From Octopus vulgaris (Eukaryota), in the NCBI GenBank assembly GCA_951406725.2, contig OX597835.1, forward strand, positions 30,070,001 through 30,134,000: DNA of 64,000 nucleotides. Reading direction: 5' to 3'. Below the pieces are notes generated by a model that ran no database searches, was not told the origin of the DNA, and saw nothing but the letters and a program-made list of their open reading frames with translations. Positions 43,505 to 55,750 of the stretch are shown here, piece by piece. The position numbers and the translations under genes are program-made. How positions within the stretch are numbered: position 1 is the first letter of the stretch; each line of letters opens with the position of its first letter.

Positions 43505-43645
43505 GACAGGCTTCTTTCAGTTTCCGTCTACCAAATTCACTCACAAGGCATTGGTCAGCCCGGGGCTATAGCGGAAGACACTTGCCCAAGATGCCACGCA
43601 GTGGGACTGAACCCGGAACCATGTGGTTGGTTAGCAAGCTACTTA
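43400..43645 (-). mobile_element. SINE family A, partial
   Basis: Core and B box in reverse orientation. Confidence 0.88.
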
Positions 43646-44031
43646 TGTATGTATAAGTATGTATGTATATATAGATATATGTATATGTATAAGTGAGAGT
43701 CTCCTTATTTACCTAAAACTCTATTTTTCTATTTATTATTTTATTCTTTTATTTATTCTTTTATCTACTTTACCACCGATTCCTTTGACCACTCCCCTAA
43801 GAATGATAGTTTGCGCCATGCCTACCCCAAAAAGTCCCCCACCACCACCCCTTTAAACCTGCCTAAATGTATAAATGCCAAAACTACTCTTGTCACCTAG
43901 CTTCCTGATGATTTCTTTTGAATGAAACTTTTCTAGTCCTGTAGAAACTCCTTCTATAAAATAAATTAATTTACTCTGCTATGTATTGAGTACCTTATTT
44001 ACTGTGGTTAACCCCGACTCAACCCGGGACC

Positions 44032-44074
<43 letters not shown>

Positions 44075-44078
<4 letters not shown>

Positions 44079-44477
44079 GATATAGTGTATATTTAAACAC
44101 ATAGAGAATACACTAATAGGGATTCTACGCATTAGAAAGAACAGCTAAGTTCTATGACCACAAAAAATTTGGGACAAAATTCGACAGGAATAAATTTGGA
44201 AATGAAAAACATTTACCATCTAGTTTCCTGGACCAATTGGTTTCTGATCATCTTTTAGCGAGTCATGGAGAACTCACAAGGTTTGATTTTCTTCAGCAGG
44301 TCCAACCTAATGCTAAACATATCCACACGAGACAGAACACGGCTACCTGTCTCGTGTTTATACGAGCTAACTTTTCAACTTACTGCGCAGACGCAGTCCT
44401 TCGTTAGCTACAATTTCTAATGCGTAGAATCCCTATAACTGGAGTCTCTATGTGTTTAAATATACACTATATCGTAT
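44075..44477. mobile_element. pLTR-like element with ~75-bp inverted arms and internal hammerhead
   Basis: ATACGATATAGTGTATATTTAAACACATAGAG..ATAGGGATTCTACGCATTAGAAA..AGCTAA is mirrored at 44404-44477. Confidence 0.8.
44227..44300 (-). ncRNA. Type I hammerhead ribozyme motif with extended stem II
   Basis: cctg-CTGAAGA-(45 nt including the GTGAGT/ACTCGC helix)-GAA-ACCAATTGGT-C-cagg: palindromic stem III and GUC site; the base of stem II is imperfect. Confidence 0.65.
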
Positions 44478-44684
44478 GACTAATATATAGTCGTTTTGAC
44501 CAAAATATTTTTACGCGTTAGATCACTGGAAAAGTAAATTTTAATTGAATGTTTTTAATTTTAATTAAATTCCATTTCCCTTTGATACATTTAAATACTG
44601 TAAGTTTTTGGATAATTTTCGGTTAACAAGTCTGGCGGTTTTATTGTAGCCAACGTACTTCGAATCTCAGACTGGGTGATATGT

Positions 44685-44835
44685 TTACGTCCCCGTAACG
44701 TAGCAGTTAGGCAAAAGAGACCGATAGAATAAGTACTGGGCTTACAAAGAATAAGTCCTGGTGTCGATTTCCTAGACTAAAGACTGTGCTCAAGCATGGC
44801 GCAGTCAAATGACAGAAACAATTAAAAGAATAAAA
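44685..44835 (+). mobile_element. SINE family A 3' half
   Basis: GGCAAAAGAGACCGATAGAATAAGTACT..ACAAAGAATAAGTCCTGG..GCAGTCAAATGAC. Confidence 0.85.
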
Positions 44836-44860
44836 GCGTGTATATATATATATATGTATA

Positions 44861-44979
<119 letters not shown>

Positions 44980-45053
44980 TGGTAGATAGATAGACATATA
45001 GATAGATAGAGAGATAGATAGATAGATATATAGATAAATAGATAGATATATTT

Positions 45054-45097
<44 letters not shown>

Positions 45098-45105
45098 GTA
45101 CATAG

Positions 45106-45137
<32 letters not shown>

Positions 45138-45141
45138 ATTT

Positions 45142-45207
<66 letters not shown>

Positions 45208-45508
45208 GTGCACGACGGTCTTCTATATTGTTTCCATTTAGCAAAATCTACTAACAAGACATTTGCCGGAGGTTGCTCAGAATAGGACTGAACCCGGAAA
45301 TATGTGGTTGGGAAGCAGAATTTCTTACCGCACAAGAACGACGAATACCTTGAACAGTATTTCAATAATAATGATATTGTTTTCTGCAATTTCATGTTTA
45401 TGTCAAAGATGGAGATTTTTAATCATGTAATACAATTTTTTTTTAACACGAAAGAATTATTAATGCTTTATATATATTTGATACGAAATGACACACACAT
45501 ACACAGAC

Positions 45509-45606
<98 letters not shown>

Positions 45607-45612
45607 TGTATG

Positions 45613-45651
<39 letters not shown>

Positions 45652-45655
45652 TATG

Positions 45656-45694
<39 letters not shown>

Positions 45695-45849
45695 CTGTAT
45701 ATTTATATATACATATATATATATCTATATATATATATATATGTGCGTGTAATATATAAGTATATATACATATACTTATATACTAGTTTGTACTATATAT
45801 AAGATATTATATACGTCTGTGTGTATATAAGTATATATATGTATACATA

Positions 45850-45886
<37 letters not shown>

Positions 45887-46213
45887 CATACATACATACA
45901 TACATACAAACATATAAATATATATATATCTATGTGTATATGCGCATGATAGGCTAAAAGCGATATGCGTAGTCTTTCATCTACTACAGCTAGTCATACG
46001 TGTTTTAATAAACATTAGTACCTCTTATAATTAAGGACAAAAAACAACAAGAAAAGAAAACAAGAAACAAAGCAAAACATCCCATTTCCATATGATTCTA
46101 TGATGTCATTCACTCACGGTGCCGTATGACACTTAATTCAATAAACACAAATATATATTTATATACACACAGACATCTACATATTCAGAAACGTGTCTCA
46201 CACTCACACGCAC

Positions 46214-46245
<32 letters not shown>

Positions 46246-46429
46246 CACATATACAAGTGTGTATGTGTGTGTGTATTACGTACAATTTTATTGATTGCAT
46301 TTACGAAGTGACACGTCAGATATACCAATATGAATTTACCTCAGCAATCTCATTCTGTTTCAAATACATTCTCTCTCATAAAAATATACAGGGAAGCACT
46401 CACACGTTTAAAACTAACCATATACATAC

Positions 46430-46508
<79 letters not shown>

Positions 46509-47268
46509 GTATGTATGTATTTATGTAAGTATGAATGTATGTATACATATACATCGTTACGTTTATTTAAAATCGTTTTTTTTTGTTACTTCACTTTCGA
46601 TATCTTGCTGTCATCTATGAATATGGCTCTGCCGCCATATTTGTCACTGTGATATCTCCCTCGTTTACCGTCTGTCTCAGATGTTTCCATAATGGTACTT
46701 TTCGAGATTAACTCACACACATCACGTAACGGAAAACTGGCTTTAGCATACCTTTAACAATGAGGTTATATAAGATTACGGACATACATTACATATGTAC
46801 CGAGACAGATATGTATTAAATGACACACACACACAGACACACACACAGACACACACACACATATATATATATATAGATGCGAGTAAATACATATTGTGAA
46901 TGTGTGCCTATATATAAATAATCACATATATATACACAGAAACACATGCGTTTGTTCATATATATAAATTGGGATATATCTATTAAAAAATGGCAGGCGC
47001 GCACACAAACATACATACACAAGCACACACACACACACACACAAGCACACACAAACACGAGCAAACACACACACACAAACACACAGGCACACACTCTCAA
47101 ACATACGCATGTGCCTCTGTAAATAAATATTTTCTTGATATCTATCTACATACTTACCTAATACTATCTCTCCCATTCTTCCTTTCTCCCCCTCACTGCA
47201 CATACATTTCAGGCACAAACGTATAATATATACGCACACACATACATATATACATATGAATATGTGTG

Positions 47269-47369
<101 letters not shown>

Positions 47370-47524
47370 TACATATACATATTTTGTTTTCTGTTAATAT
47401 GAATGCGTGTCTGCATGTTATATGTATATCTGTGTGTGTGTGTGTGCGTATATCTATCTATCTATCTATCTATATATCTATCCATCTCTATATATATGCA
47501 TATATATATATATGTATCTATGTA

Positions 47525-47631
<107 letters not shown>

Positions 47632-48522
47632 ATATATAAACGTACACGTTTATACATAATTATACATATATAGAAATATATCTGTACATACGTACAAGCA
47701 ATGCATACATATATACATATACAGGACATATATACATTTGTGTGTGTACATATACATATGCATATATATGTATATGTATATATAGTATATATGAATACGT
47801 GTGTGTGCGCGCGTGTGTGTGTGTGCGTCTGTACGTATGCTTGGTAGTACGGATACTGGAAATGACAGAGTTGTGTGCAGAGTAGGAAACGGTATAATAA
47901 TTGTAAAAGGTGGGAAAATGATCGGATGGGATAGTCCTGAGGGGTAAGGGTGGGAACTGATATGATTTCTTGATGTGTAAAGCCCCCTCCTGCCACCCGG
48001 CCCCTTCCTCGTACGTTGCTCGTCTTCCGAGAGGTGGACGACAAGAACAGCTGTCTCCTTTGCGGATCTCACCAAGAAAAGGGAAGAAAAAAAATGGAAC
48101 CACCTTCATTTTGATATATTTCAAGGCACGTTAGGGTCATGTATGTATGTATGTAGTATGTATGTATGTATGTATGTATGTATGTATGTATGTATGTATG
48201 TATGTATGTATGTATGTGTGTATGTATGCATGTATGTATGTATGTATGTATGTATGTATATATGTATGTATATATATTTATGTATGTATCAATTTATGTT
48301 TGTACGTATATATGAGTGTGTGCGTGCTTGTTCGTATGTATGTTTTTATGTGTGCATGGAAATATATTTAAATGTATGCATGTATGTATGTATGTATGTA
48401 TGTATGTATGTATGTATGTATGAGTATGTAAGTCTATGTGTATATATATATATATGTATCTCTCTCTCTATATATATATATAACTGTCTCTCTGTCTGTC
48501 TGTCTATCTATCTATCTATTTG

Positions 48523-48589
<67 letters not shown>

Positions 48590-49212
48590 GTCTCTCTGTC
48601 TATTTATGTATCTATCTACCTATCTATGTATGTGTCTGTCTGTCTGTCTATCAATCTACCTCTCAATCCGCCATTTTATATATATATGTATATGTGTGTG
48701 TGTGTGTGAGTGTGCATGTATGTTTGTGTGTATTTATTCATATGTATATATGTAATATATACTTATTTATGTGTTTGTATGCAATGTATATTGGTTTATT
48801 TATATTATTATGAATATATTTGACTATATTATATATACATATATTTGTATATTACTTTTATTCTTTTAGATCTTTTAACGATATGAATGTAGCCACGCTG
48901 GGCCACCGCCTTAAAAGGTTTTAAATCGAAGAAATCAACTCTAGAATTTCTTTGTAATCCTGGAAGTTATTCTATAGTTACATTTTGCCGAACTGCTTAG
49001 TTACGGGGTTGTAAAGACACCGACATCGGTTGTCAAACGATGGTGGGAAGACAAACATAGCTATAAAGGCATACACACACATATATATACATACATATAT
49101 ACATACACTACGGGTTTCTTTCAGTTTTCATCTACCCATCTAACCAATCCATTTACAAGTATTTGTTTGACCCGAGGCTATAATAAAAGAGACTTGCCTA
49201 TGTTGCCACGCA

Positions 49213-49243
<31 letters not shown>

Positions 49244-49330
49244 TATTAAAGACAAAACCACTATTTTGCAAAACAAACAAGGAAAGACTTAATCAATACA
49301 TAAAATTTTAATAAATAGTCAAAAAAACCG

Positions 49331-49373
49331 CCACTACAATTGTTTCTTGTCTTGATCGACAATCTTCAGGTGG
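49331..49373 (-). ncRNA. Type I hammerhead ribozyme motif (mirror copy)
   Basis: Exact reverse complement of 49421-49463. Confidence 0.85.
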
Positions 49374-49420
49374 ACTTCCAATAAGTCAGTTTCATAATTT
49401 GAAACTGACTTATTGGAAGT

Positions 49421-49463
49421 CCACCTGAAGATTGTCGATCAAGACAAGAAACAATTGTAGTGG
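49421..49463 (+). ncRNA. Type I hammerhead ribozyme motif
   Basis: ccac-CTGAAGA-ttgtc gatcaa gacaa-GAA-ACAATTGT-A-gtgg: all core nucleotides present, 5-bp stem II, palindromic stem III, GUA site. Confidence 0.85.
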
Positions 49464-49639
49464 CGGTTTTTTTGACTATTTATTAAAATTTTATGTATTG
49501 ATTAAGTCTTTCCTTGTTTGTTTTGCAAAATAGTGGTTTTGTCTTTAATAATATTTTATAATATTTTACTATAAAATTGGATTTAATCCTAAATCTGATT
49601 TTTTCCCTGTAAATTTGGATTTATTCCCTAATATTTATT

Positions 49640-49667
<28 letters not shown>

Positions 49668-49670
<3 letters not shown>

Positions 49671-49895
49671 TTGTAATAAAGGGTTAATTGCAACAAGTTG
49701 CTTAAACCACATACCGAAAATATTAAAAATAGCAGCCAAATAGGTTACCATTACTACTACTAGCAACTTATTGCAATTAACCCTTTATGATAATTATATA
49801 TAATCCTTACCGAATATGGTCATTTCCATGCCGAAAAAAACAACTAGGTGAAATTTATTAATTTTATTAACTTAATTATATTTCACCCCTTATGT
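49668..49895. mobile_element. Short pLTR-like remnant with ~35-bp inverted arms
   Basis: ATAAAGGGTTAATTGCAACAAGTTGCT versus AGCAACTTATTGCAATTAACCCTTTAT; ends TTCACCCCTTAT, like the termini near 17050 and 41390. Confidence 0.6.
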
Positions 49896-49930
49896 GTATA
49901 TATATGTATGTATATATATATATATATATA

Positions 49931-50082
49931 CTTTATTTTAAGCAGCAGAAAATTCAACAAAATCTGTTACTCTGAGTTTCTCGTTGCCGTTCATCAGACA
50001 GTTTTTGCAAACTGTCTGATGAACGGCAACGAGAAATTCAGAGTAACAGATTTTGTTGAATTTTCTGTTGCTTAAAATAAAG
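49931..50082. repeat. Near-perfect palindrome, ~73-bp arms, hammerhead motif in each arm
   Basis: Two mismatches between the arms; ~70-bp unpaired right extension to 50152; in (TA)n. Confidence 0.93.
49964..50001 (-). ncRNA. Minimal type I hammerhead motif (mirror at 50012-50049, +)
   Basis: ctgt-CTGATGA-a cg gcaa cg a-GAA-ACTC a GAGT-A-acag; stem II is only 2 bp with a GNRA loop. Confidence 0.72.
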
Positions 50083-50175
50083 CATATTACTCTACCACTG
50101 GTATTTGAGTACTCTTTTTTCCACCTTGTTTCACATTTATGTGTTTACTCCGGTATATATATATATATATATATA

Positions 50176-50311
50176 GGCGCAGGAGTAGATGGTTCCAGGT
50201 TCATTCCCACGTTAGGCAAATGTCTTCTGCTATAGCCTCGGGCCGACCAATGCCTTGTGAGTGGATTTGGTAGACGGAATCCCGCCGTATATATATATAT
50301 ACACACACACA

Positions 50312-50378
<67 letters not shown>

Positions 50379-50557
50379 GTGTGTGTGTAAGTGTGTGTGT
50401 GAGAGTGTATGTGTGTGTATATCCGTTTGTCTTTGTCCGTTTCTGTGTGTGTTTGTGTGTGTGTGTGTGTGTATGTATGTATGCATGTATATATGTATGT
50501 ATATGTTTGTGTGTCTGTTTCTCCTCCCCTCCACCATCGCTTGACAACCGATGTTGA
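50176..50557 (+). mobile_element. SINE family A, partial with expanded internal microsatellite
   Basis: GGCGCAGGAGT head, CTATAGCCTCGGGCCGACCAA core and ATCGCTTGACAACCGATG. Confidence 0.8.
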
Positions 50558-50669
50558 TATATATACATGTATATACATACATATATATATATACATCCAT
50601 ACATCGACATAGACATGTATATATATTCTTACATATATATATACGTGTAGATAATATGTATGCAATGCA

Positions 50670-50892
50670 TGCCAGAAGGTTTGCAAATCTAACGGAGGCC
50701 TCAAAAGACATTTTAAGATCCGGAGAGATCAGAACTTATCTGCAGCTCTTGGTGGTCCAAATCTGATATGCAATCTATGTGGGTATCTTTTCAAAACATT
50801 GTCTGGTTTAAAAGCCTCATCAGATGCGTCGATGGTTCTAAGGTCTTGGTGGAGGAAGTGGTCAAACTCTTCATGAGGAGTAGTCAACCACC
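50670..50892 (+). mobile_element. RTE-like LINE 3' end
   Basis: Frameshifted [41 protein letters not shown] (C2H2-like terminal finger typical of RTE ORFs); homologous to 52735-52885. Confidence 0.6.
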
Positions 50893-50927
50893 ATATATTT
50901 ATGCATGTATGTATGAATACATATATT

Positions 50928-50977
<50 letters not shown>

Positions 50978-51031
50978 TATACATATACATATATATATAC
51001 ATATATATATATATACATACACATATATATA

Positions 51032-51081
<50 letters not shown>

Positions 51082-51929
51082 CATTAAAGCGTACATACAT
51101 AGATTTATATATATACATACATGCACAAACACACACACACATATACATACACATGCGTATACAGCTCCAGCCCTCGAGCTGAATCTAGCTAAAGAATATG
51201 TGTGTGTGTGTGTGTGTATGTGTGTGTGCGTGTGTAATTTTTAATCTATAATCTTTAGCGCGATAAAATATAGTTATTATATCGGATTAACGATTACGGA
51301 TTAAATATCTTATTTCACTTAGTATAATTTCTTAGCAATATATTTTAAGTGGCCGCACATAACTTCGTTTGAACCTGTCACCCCCTCGGAAATATATACA
51401 TGTATACACATATATGCAAACATATATACTTGCGTACATACATACATTCATACATATATATATATATACATTCACGTGTTTCTATATATGTATATATATT
51501 TATATGTATATACAGATACATACATATATTTAAAAACATATACATATTTATATGTATGTATATGTATGTAAGCATGTATATAAATGTATGTATGTATATG
51601 TATGTATGTATGTATGTATATGGCATACACAGTGAAGCACACATAGTCATCATAACGTGGTGCTCCCAACAATTATCTTCATCTTTGACCCTTGAACTAA
51701 CGTTTCCCTTTCATCTTCCTTTCGAATTTCGCATTAGAGAAGGCTAGATGGGTTTCACCTATGTTCTCTCCTCCTCCTCTCCTGCTCCTCCTCCGCATCA
51801 TCATCATCATCTTCCCAACACAAACATACTCATACGTACACAAACATACATAAACACACACACACACACACAGGCATTATATTACCATAATATCTATCCA
51901 TATAAATATATTTATATATTCACCATATC

Positions 51930-52150
51930 GTGTACCCTTAACGTAGTTCTCAGGGAGATTCACCGCGTGACACAGAGTGTGACAAAGCTTCGCCACCCCT
52001 TTTGAATTACTGGTACAATTCATTTTTGCCAGCTGAGTGGATTGGAGAAACGTGAAATAAAGTGTCTTGCTCAAGGACACTAAGAGTCGCCGCGAATTGA
52101 ACTCATGAATTTACGATCGTGAGCGGAATGCCCTCACCACTAAGCTACAC
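51930..52150 (-). mobile_element. SINE family C
   Basis: CCCTTAACGTAGTTCTCAGGGAGATT..GCCAGCTGAGTGGA..AGTGTCTTGCTCAAGGACAC..CCACTAAGCTAC. Confidence 0.8.
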
Positions 52151-52169
52151 GATTTTACACACACGCACA

Positions 52170-52223
<54 letters not shown>

Positions 52224-52734
52224 TACAACACACACACACACACATATATATATAAATATATAAATATACACCTACAAGCCTTTGTACATTCATAAGTATT
52301 TCGCAGGTCTAATGATGTTCACAAATTGGTAATTAAATTTAAATTAAACAAACTCGTTTCTCTATATACATTCGTTTTTAGACTTTGATATACACAACTA
52401 CATCTATACATTTATACATGCTTAATTTTTCACGTGTTACAGTCACACACACACTCACATCAATACACACAAACACATATACACATACACACAGACACAA
52501 ACACACACACTAGCTCACGCACAAAAACACAAACGTATATACATACGTGAACTCTTATTTACATATAAGTATATACGTAAATCGTACACATACACACACA
52601 CATATATATACATACATCTGTGTGTGTGTGTGCGTTTGTGTGTGTATGTGTTTGTGTGTGTGTGTGTATGTGTTTGTGTGTGTGTGTGCGCGTGTGTGTG
52701 TGTGTGTATGGTTGTTTACTCATTATGCAAAGTC

Positions 52735-52885
52735 TGACTTCCTCTTGTACTTACACCTTAGATCTAAAATGGCGTCTGATGTGGCTTTTTAAACCAGACA
52801 ATGTTTTGAAAAGACACCCACATAAACTTCACCTCTGCTTTGAACCGTCAAGAATTGCAGTTAAGTTCTGATGTTTGTGGATCTT
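52735..52885 (-). mobile_element. RTE-like LINE 3' fragment, second copy
   Basis: Reverse complement TATGTGGGTGTCTTTTCAAAACATTGTCTGGTTTAAAAAGCCACATCAGA matches 50776-50825. Confidence 0.65.
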
Positions 52886-52983
52886 AAAATATCTACTATA
52901 TATAGGCATAAGTACATACATATACACATACACATGGGGACACACGTTTACATACATACATATATACATACATATTGATGTGA

Positions 52984-53148
52984 GGCACAGGAATGGCTGT
53001 GTGGTAAGTAGCATGCTTACCAACCACATGGTTCCGGGTTCAGTCCCACTGCGTGGCAATTTGGGCCAGTGTCTTCTACTATAGCCTCGGGCCGACCAAA
53101 GCCTTGTGAGTGGATTTGGTAGACGGAAACTGAAAGAAGCCCGTCGTA

Positions 53149-53190
<42 letters not shown>

Positions 53191-53370
53191 TGTATGTTTG
53201 TGTGTCTGTGTTTGTCCCCCTAGCATTGCTTGACAACCGATGGTGGTGTGTTTACATCGGCAAAAGTTACCGATAGAATAAGTCCTGGGGTCGATTTGCT
53301 CGACTAAAGGAGGTGCTCCAGCATGGCCGCAGTCAAATGACTGAAACAAGTAAAAGAGTAAAAGAGAGAG
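52984..53370 (+). mobile_element. SINE family A, near full length
   Basis: A box, B box, core and tail present, with two small internal deletions. Confidence 0.93.
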
Positions 53371-53454
53371 TACACATACGTGCGTATATAATACATAGAT
53401 TAACAATACATACATATAAACATACATACATACACACATGCATACATATATACT

Positions 53455-53715
53455 GTCACACCGTCGGTTACTGCGATGAGTTTCAGTTGACCCGACCAAT
53501 GGAAAAACCTGCTCGTGATACTAACGTGCAAGTGGCTGAGCACTCCAGTGACAGGCGTATCCATAGGTATCCATAACGTAGTTCTCAGGAAAATCCATCG
53601 TGGCGCAGAATGTGACAATGCTGGCTCTCTGAATAGCAGGTATTACTCATTTTTTTCCAGCTGAGTGGACTGGAGTAACATGATATAAAAAGCCTTGCTC
53701 AAAGACAAAACGCGC
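53455..53715 (-). mobile_element. SINE family C, diverged
   Basis: CCGTCGGTTAC..CCTGCTCGTGA..AAGTGGCTGAGCACTCC..AACGTAGTTCTC..CAGCTGAGTGGACTGGAG. Confidence 0.75.
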
Positions 53716-53837
53716 TGTCATGTAAGGTTGTTTAACTCCCAATCGCACATACCTGCACACACATATATAAATAGATCGTCCGTCGTTATAGGAATTAACT
53801 CATACCCGAATAGTTAATATTTCGGCGAGTTAATATC

Positions 53838-54465
53838 TTAAGGCGGCGAGCAAGCATAAACGTTAGTACACCGGGCGAAATGCTTACTTACTATTTACTT
53901 CTACTTGTTTCAGTCATTTTGACTGCGGCCATGTTGGAGCACCACCTTTTAGTCGAGCAAATCGACCTCAGGACTTATTCTTTGTAAGCCTAGTACTTAT
54001 TTTATCGGCCTCTTTTGCCGAACCGCTAAGTTACGGGGACGTAAACACACCAGCATCGGTTGTCAATCGATGTTGGGGGGACAAACACAAACACGCAAAC
54101 ACGCACACACATATATATACATATATACGACGGGCTTCTTTCAGTTTCCGTCTACCAAATCCACTCACAAGGCTTTGGTCAGCCCGAGGCTATAGTAGAA
54201 GACACTTGCCCAAGGTGCCACGCAGTGGGAAAGAACCCGGAACCATGTGGTTGGTAAGCAAGCTACTTACCACACAGCCACTCCTACGCTTAGTGATATT
54301 TCGTTTGTCTTTACGTTCTGAGTTCAAATTCCGCTGCGGTCGAATTTGCTTTTATCCTTTCGGGGTCGATAAATTAAGTACCTGTTGCGTACTGGGGTCG
54401 ATCTAATCGACTGGCCTCCTCTCCCAAAATTTCGAGACTTGTGCCCAGAGTAGAAAAGAATATTT
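53838..54465 (+). mobile_element. SINE family B split by a nested full-length SINE A (53887-54290, minus)
   Basis: The B head GGCGGCGAGC..GGGCGAAATGCTTA stops at 53886 and resumes at GCTTAGTGATATTTCG (54288); GCTTA is duplicated at both junctions. Confidence 0.9.
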
Positions 54466-54732
54466 TTCCGAGTGATTAAGCCTCTTCATCCTGATGGGTG
54501 CGAAAATGCCTGAGGTGTACTTTAGGAACAAGGACAGTATAGAAGAACCAGGGGACATTTATCACAGAGGCGTGTTGGCGGGGGACGAGGATGTACGATT
54601 CGTTCCTCATGTATGGATATGGAGAGACAGATACAAAAACATTCATGTATACATACATACGCACATAGGTACATACATACATGCATGCATGCATGCATAC
54701 ATACACTACCCTTCGTATACGTGTATGTATGC

Positions 54733-54847
<115 letters not shown>

Positions 54848-54863
54848 AATATATATATATATA

Positions 54864-55090
54864 GGGAGAGTTTACGAAAAAACAAAAGACGAAGACAGGT
54901 GGAGTACAAAACAAACAGATGTATTAGTATAACGCTCAGGGATAGGAAAAAGTTTTTTATGTTTCGAGCCTACGCTCTTCTACAGAAAGGGACACAGAAA
55001 ACAAGGAGAAAGTATGTGTGTAGTGGCTAACGATCTATCATGGCGTCTGACACGGACAGAAGGGTCACACCAGAGAAGGAAAGTAGGGGA
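54864..55090 (-). mobile_element. Repeat family D copy 3
   Basis: Minus strand 54954-54989 reads ctttCTGTAGAaGAGCgtagGCTCGAAACATAaaaa; between (TA)n tracts. Confidence 0.75.
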
Positions 55091-55692
55091 TATATATATA
55101 TATATATATAACTTAGATAAGTGTCGACCAAAGATTGGTCCAGGCCATGTCTAATTTAATAAAAGCACCATTTGATATGATTAGCTAACTCCTTTTCAAG
55201 TCATGTTTTATGGTCTTGGTTCATTCTTGTAGGGAGTTTTTGTCTAGTGAGTTGTATCCAGATATAAGTGGTTCATCTACTATTCTTTGAACAAATTTGT
55301 CCAAATTCCATTGAAAGGGTAGGTCTGTTGAAGAAAGAAATTTTGCTGCAGTGTATTCATGTGTTGTGATCCTGAATTGCGTAGGGGACGTATTACCCGT
55401 AGTCCTAACCTTGGATGAATTTTAAAGCTAATATTGAGGTCATTTGGGAAATACTGGTGGTATATTCTCTACATCGTGCGAATGATGTATCGCTCACGGC
55501 AGCGCCGGGGCGAGTTGGGTTTCAATATTTAAAGGTGGTCCAATAATCGAGATCGTTTTAGAGAATGACCTCTGAGGTGATTCACTTTTTGAAATGTTTT
55601 GATTTGTATGAGGAGACCACAGGGGGCAGCAGAATTCGAGGCGTTTTTTTTTTGTCTGCCCATTGGCCCACAGGGCACACACACACACACGC

Positions 55693-55750
<58 letters not shown>

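Larger units (their letters stand above)
41846..43962. mobile_element. Inverted pLTR pair (41846-42112 / 43677-43962) with ~1.56 kb of nested elements between the arms
   Basis: The ~265-bp arms are reverse complements (both give the same YFSIYYFILLFILLSTLPPIPLTTPLRMIVCAMPTPK translation in the ORF track). Confidence 0.88.
49234..49560. repeat. Perfect palindrome, ~160-bp arms, 5-bp loop, each arm carrying a hammerhead motif
   Basis: No mismatch seen by eye between the arms; an ~80-bp unpaired extension on the right (to ~49642) resembles 33837-33900; in (TA)n. Confidence 0.95.

Noticed and set aside
52751-52870. Apparent minus-strand exon with GTAAGT donor
   Set aside because: The sequence is homologous to the RTE-like LINE end at 50670-50892.
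52984-53055. SINE heads as functional tRNA genes
   Set aside because: They have A/B boxes but lack a complete cloverleaf and continue into SINE bodies.
54476-54630. Complex sequence with open frames on both strands (MGAKMPEVYF... / [10 protein letters not shown]...)
   Set aside because: No recognisable motif or convincing splice sites; it runs into microsatellite.
55530-55640. TTAAAGG Kolobok-like terminus and CTCF-like CCACAGGGGGCAGCA
   Set aside because: No matching second terminus was found and the motif deviates from the CTCF core.
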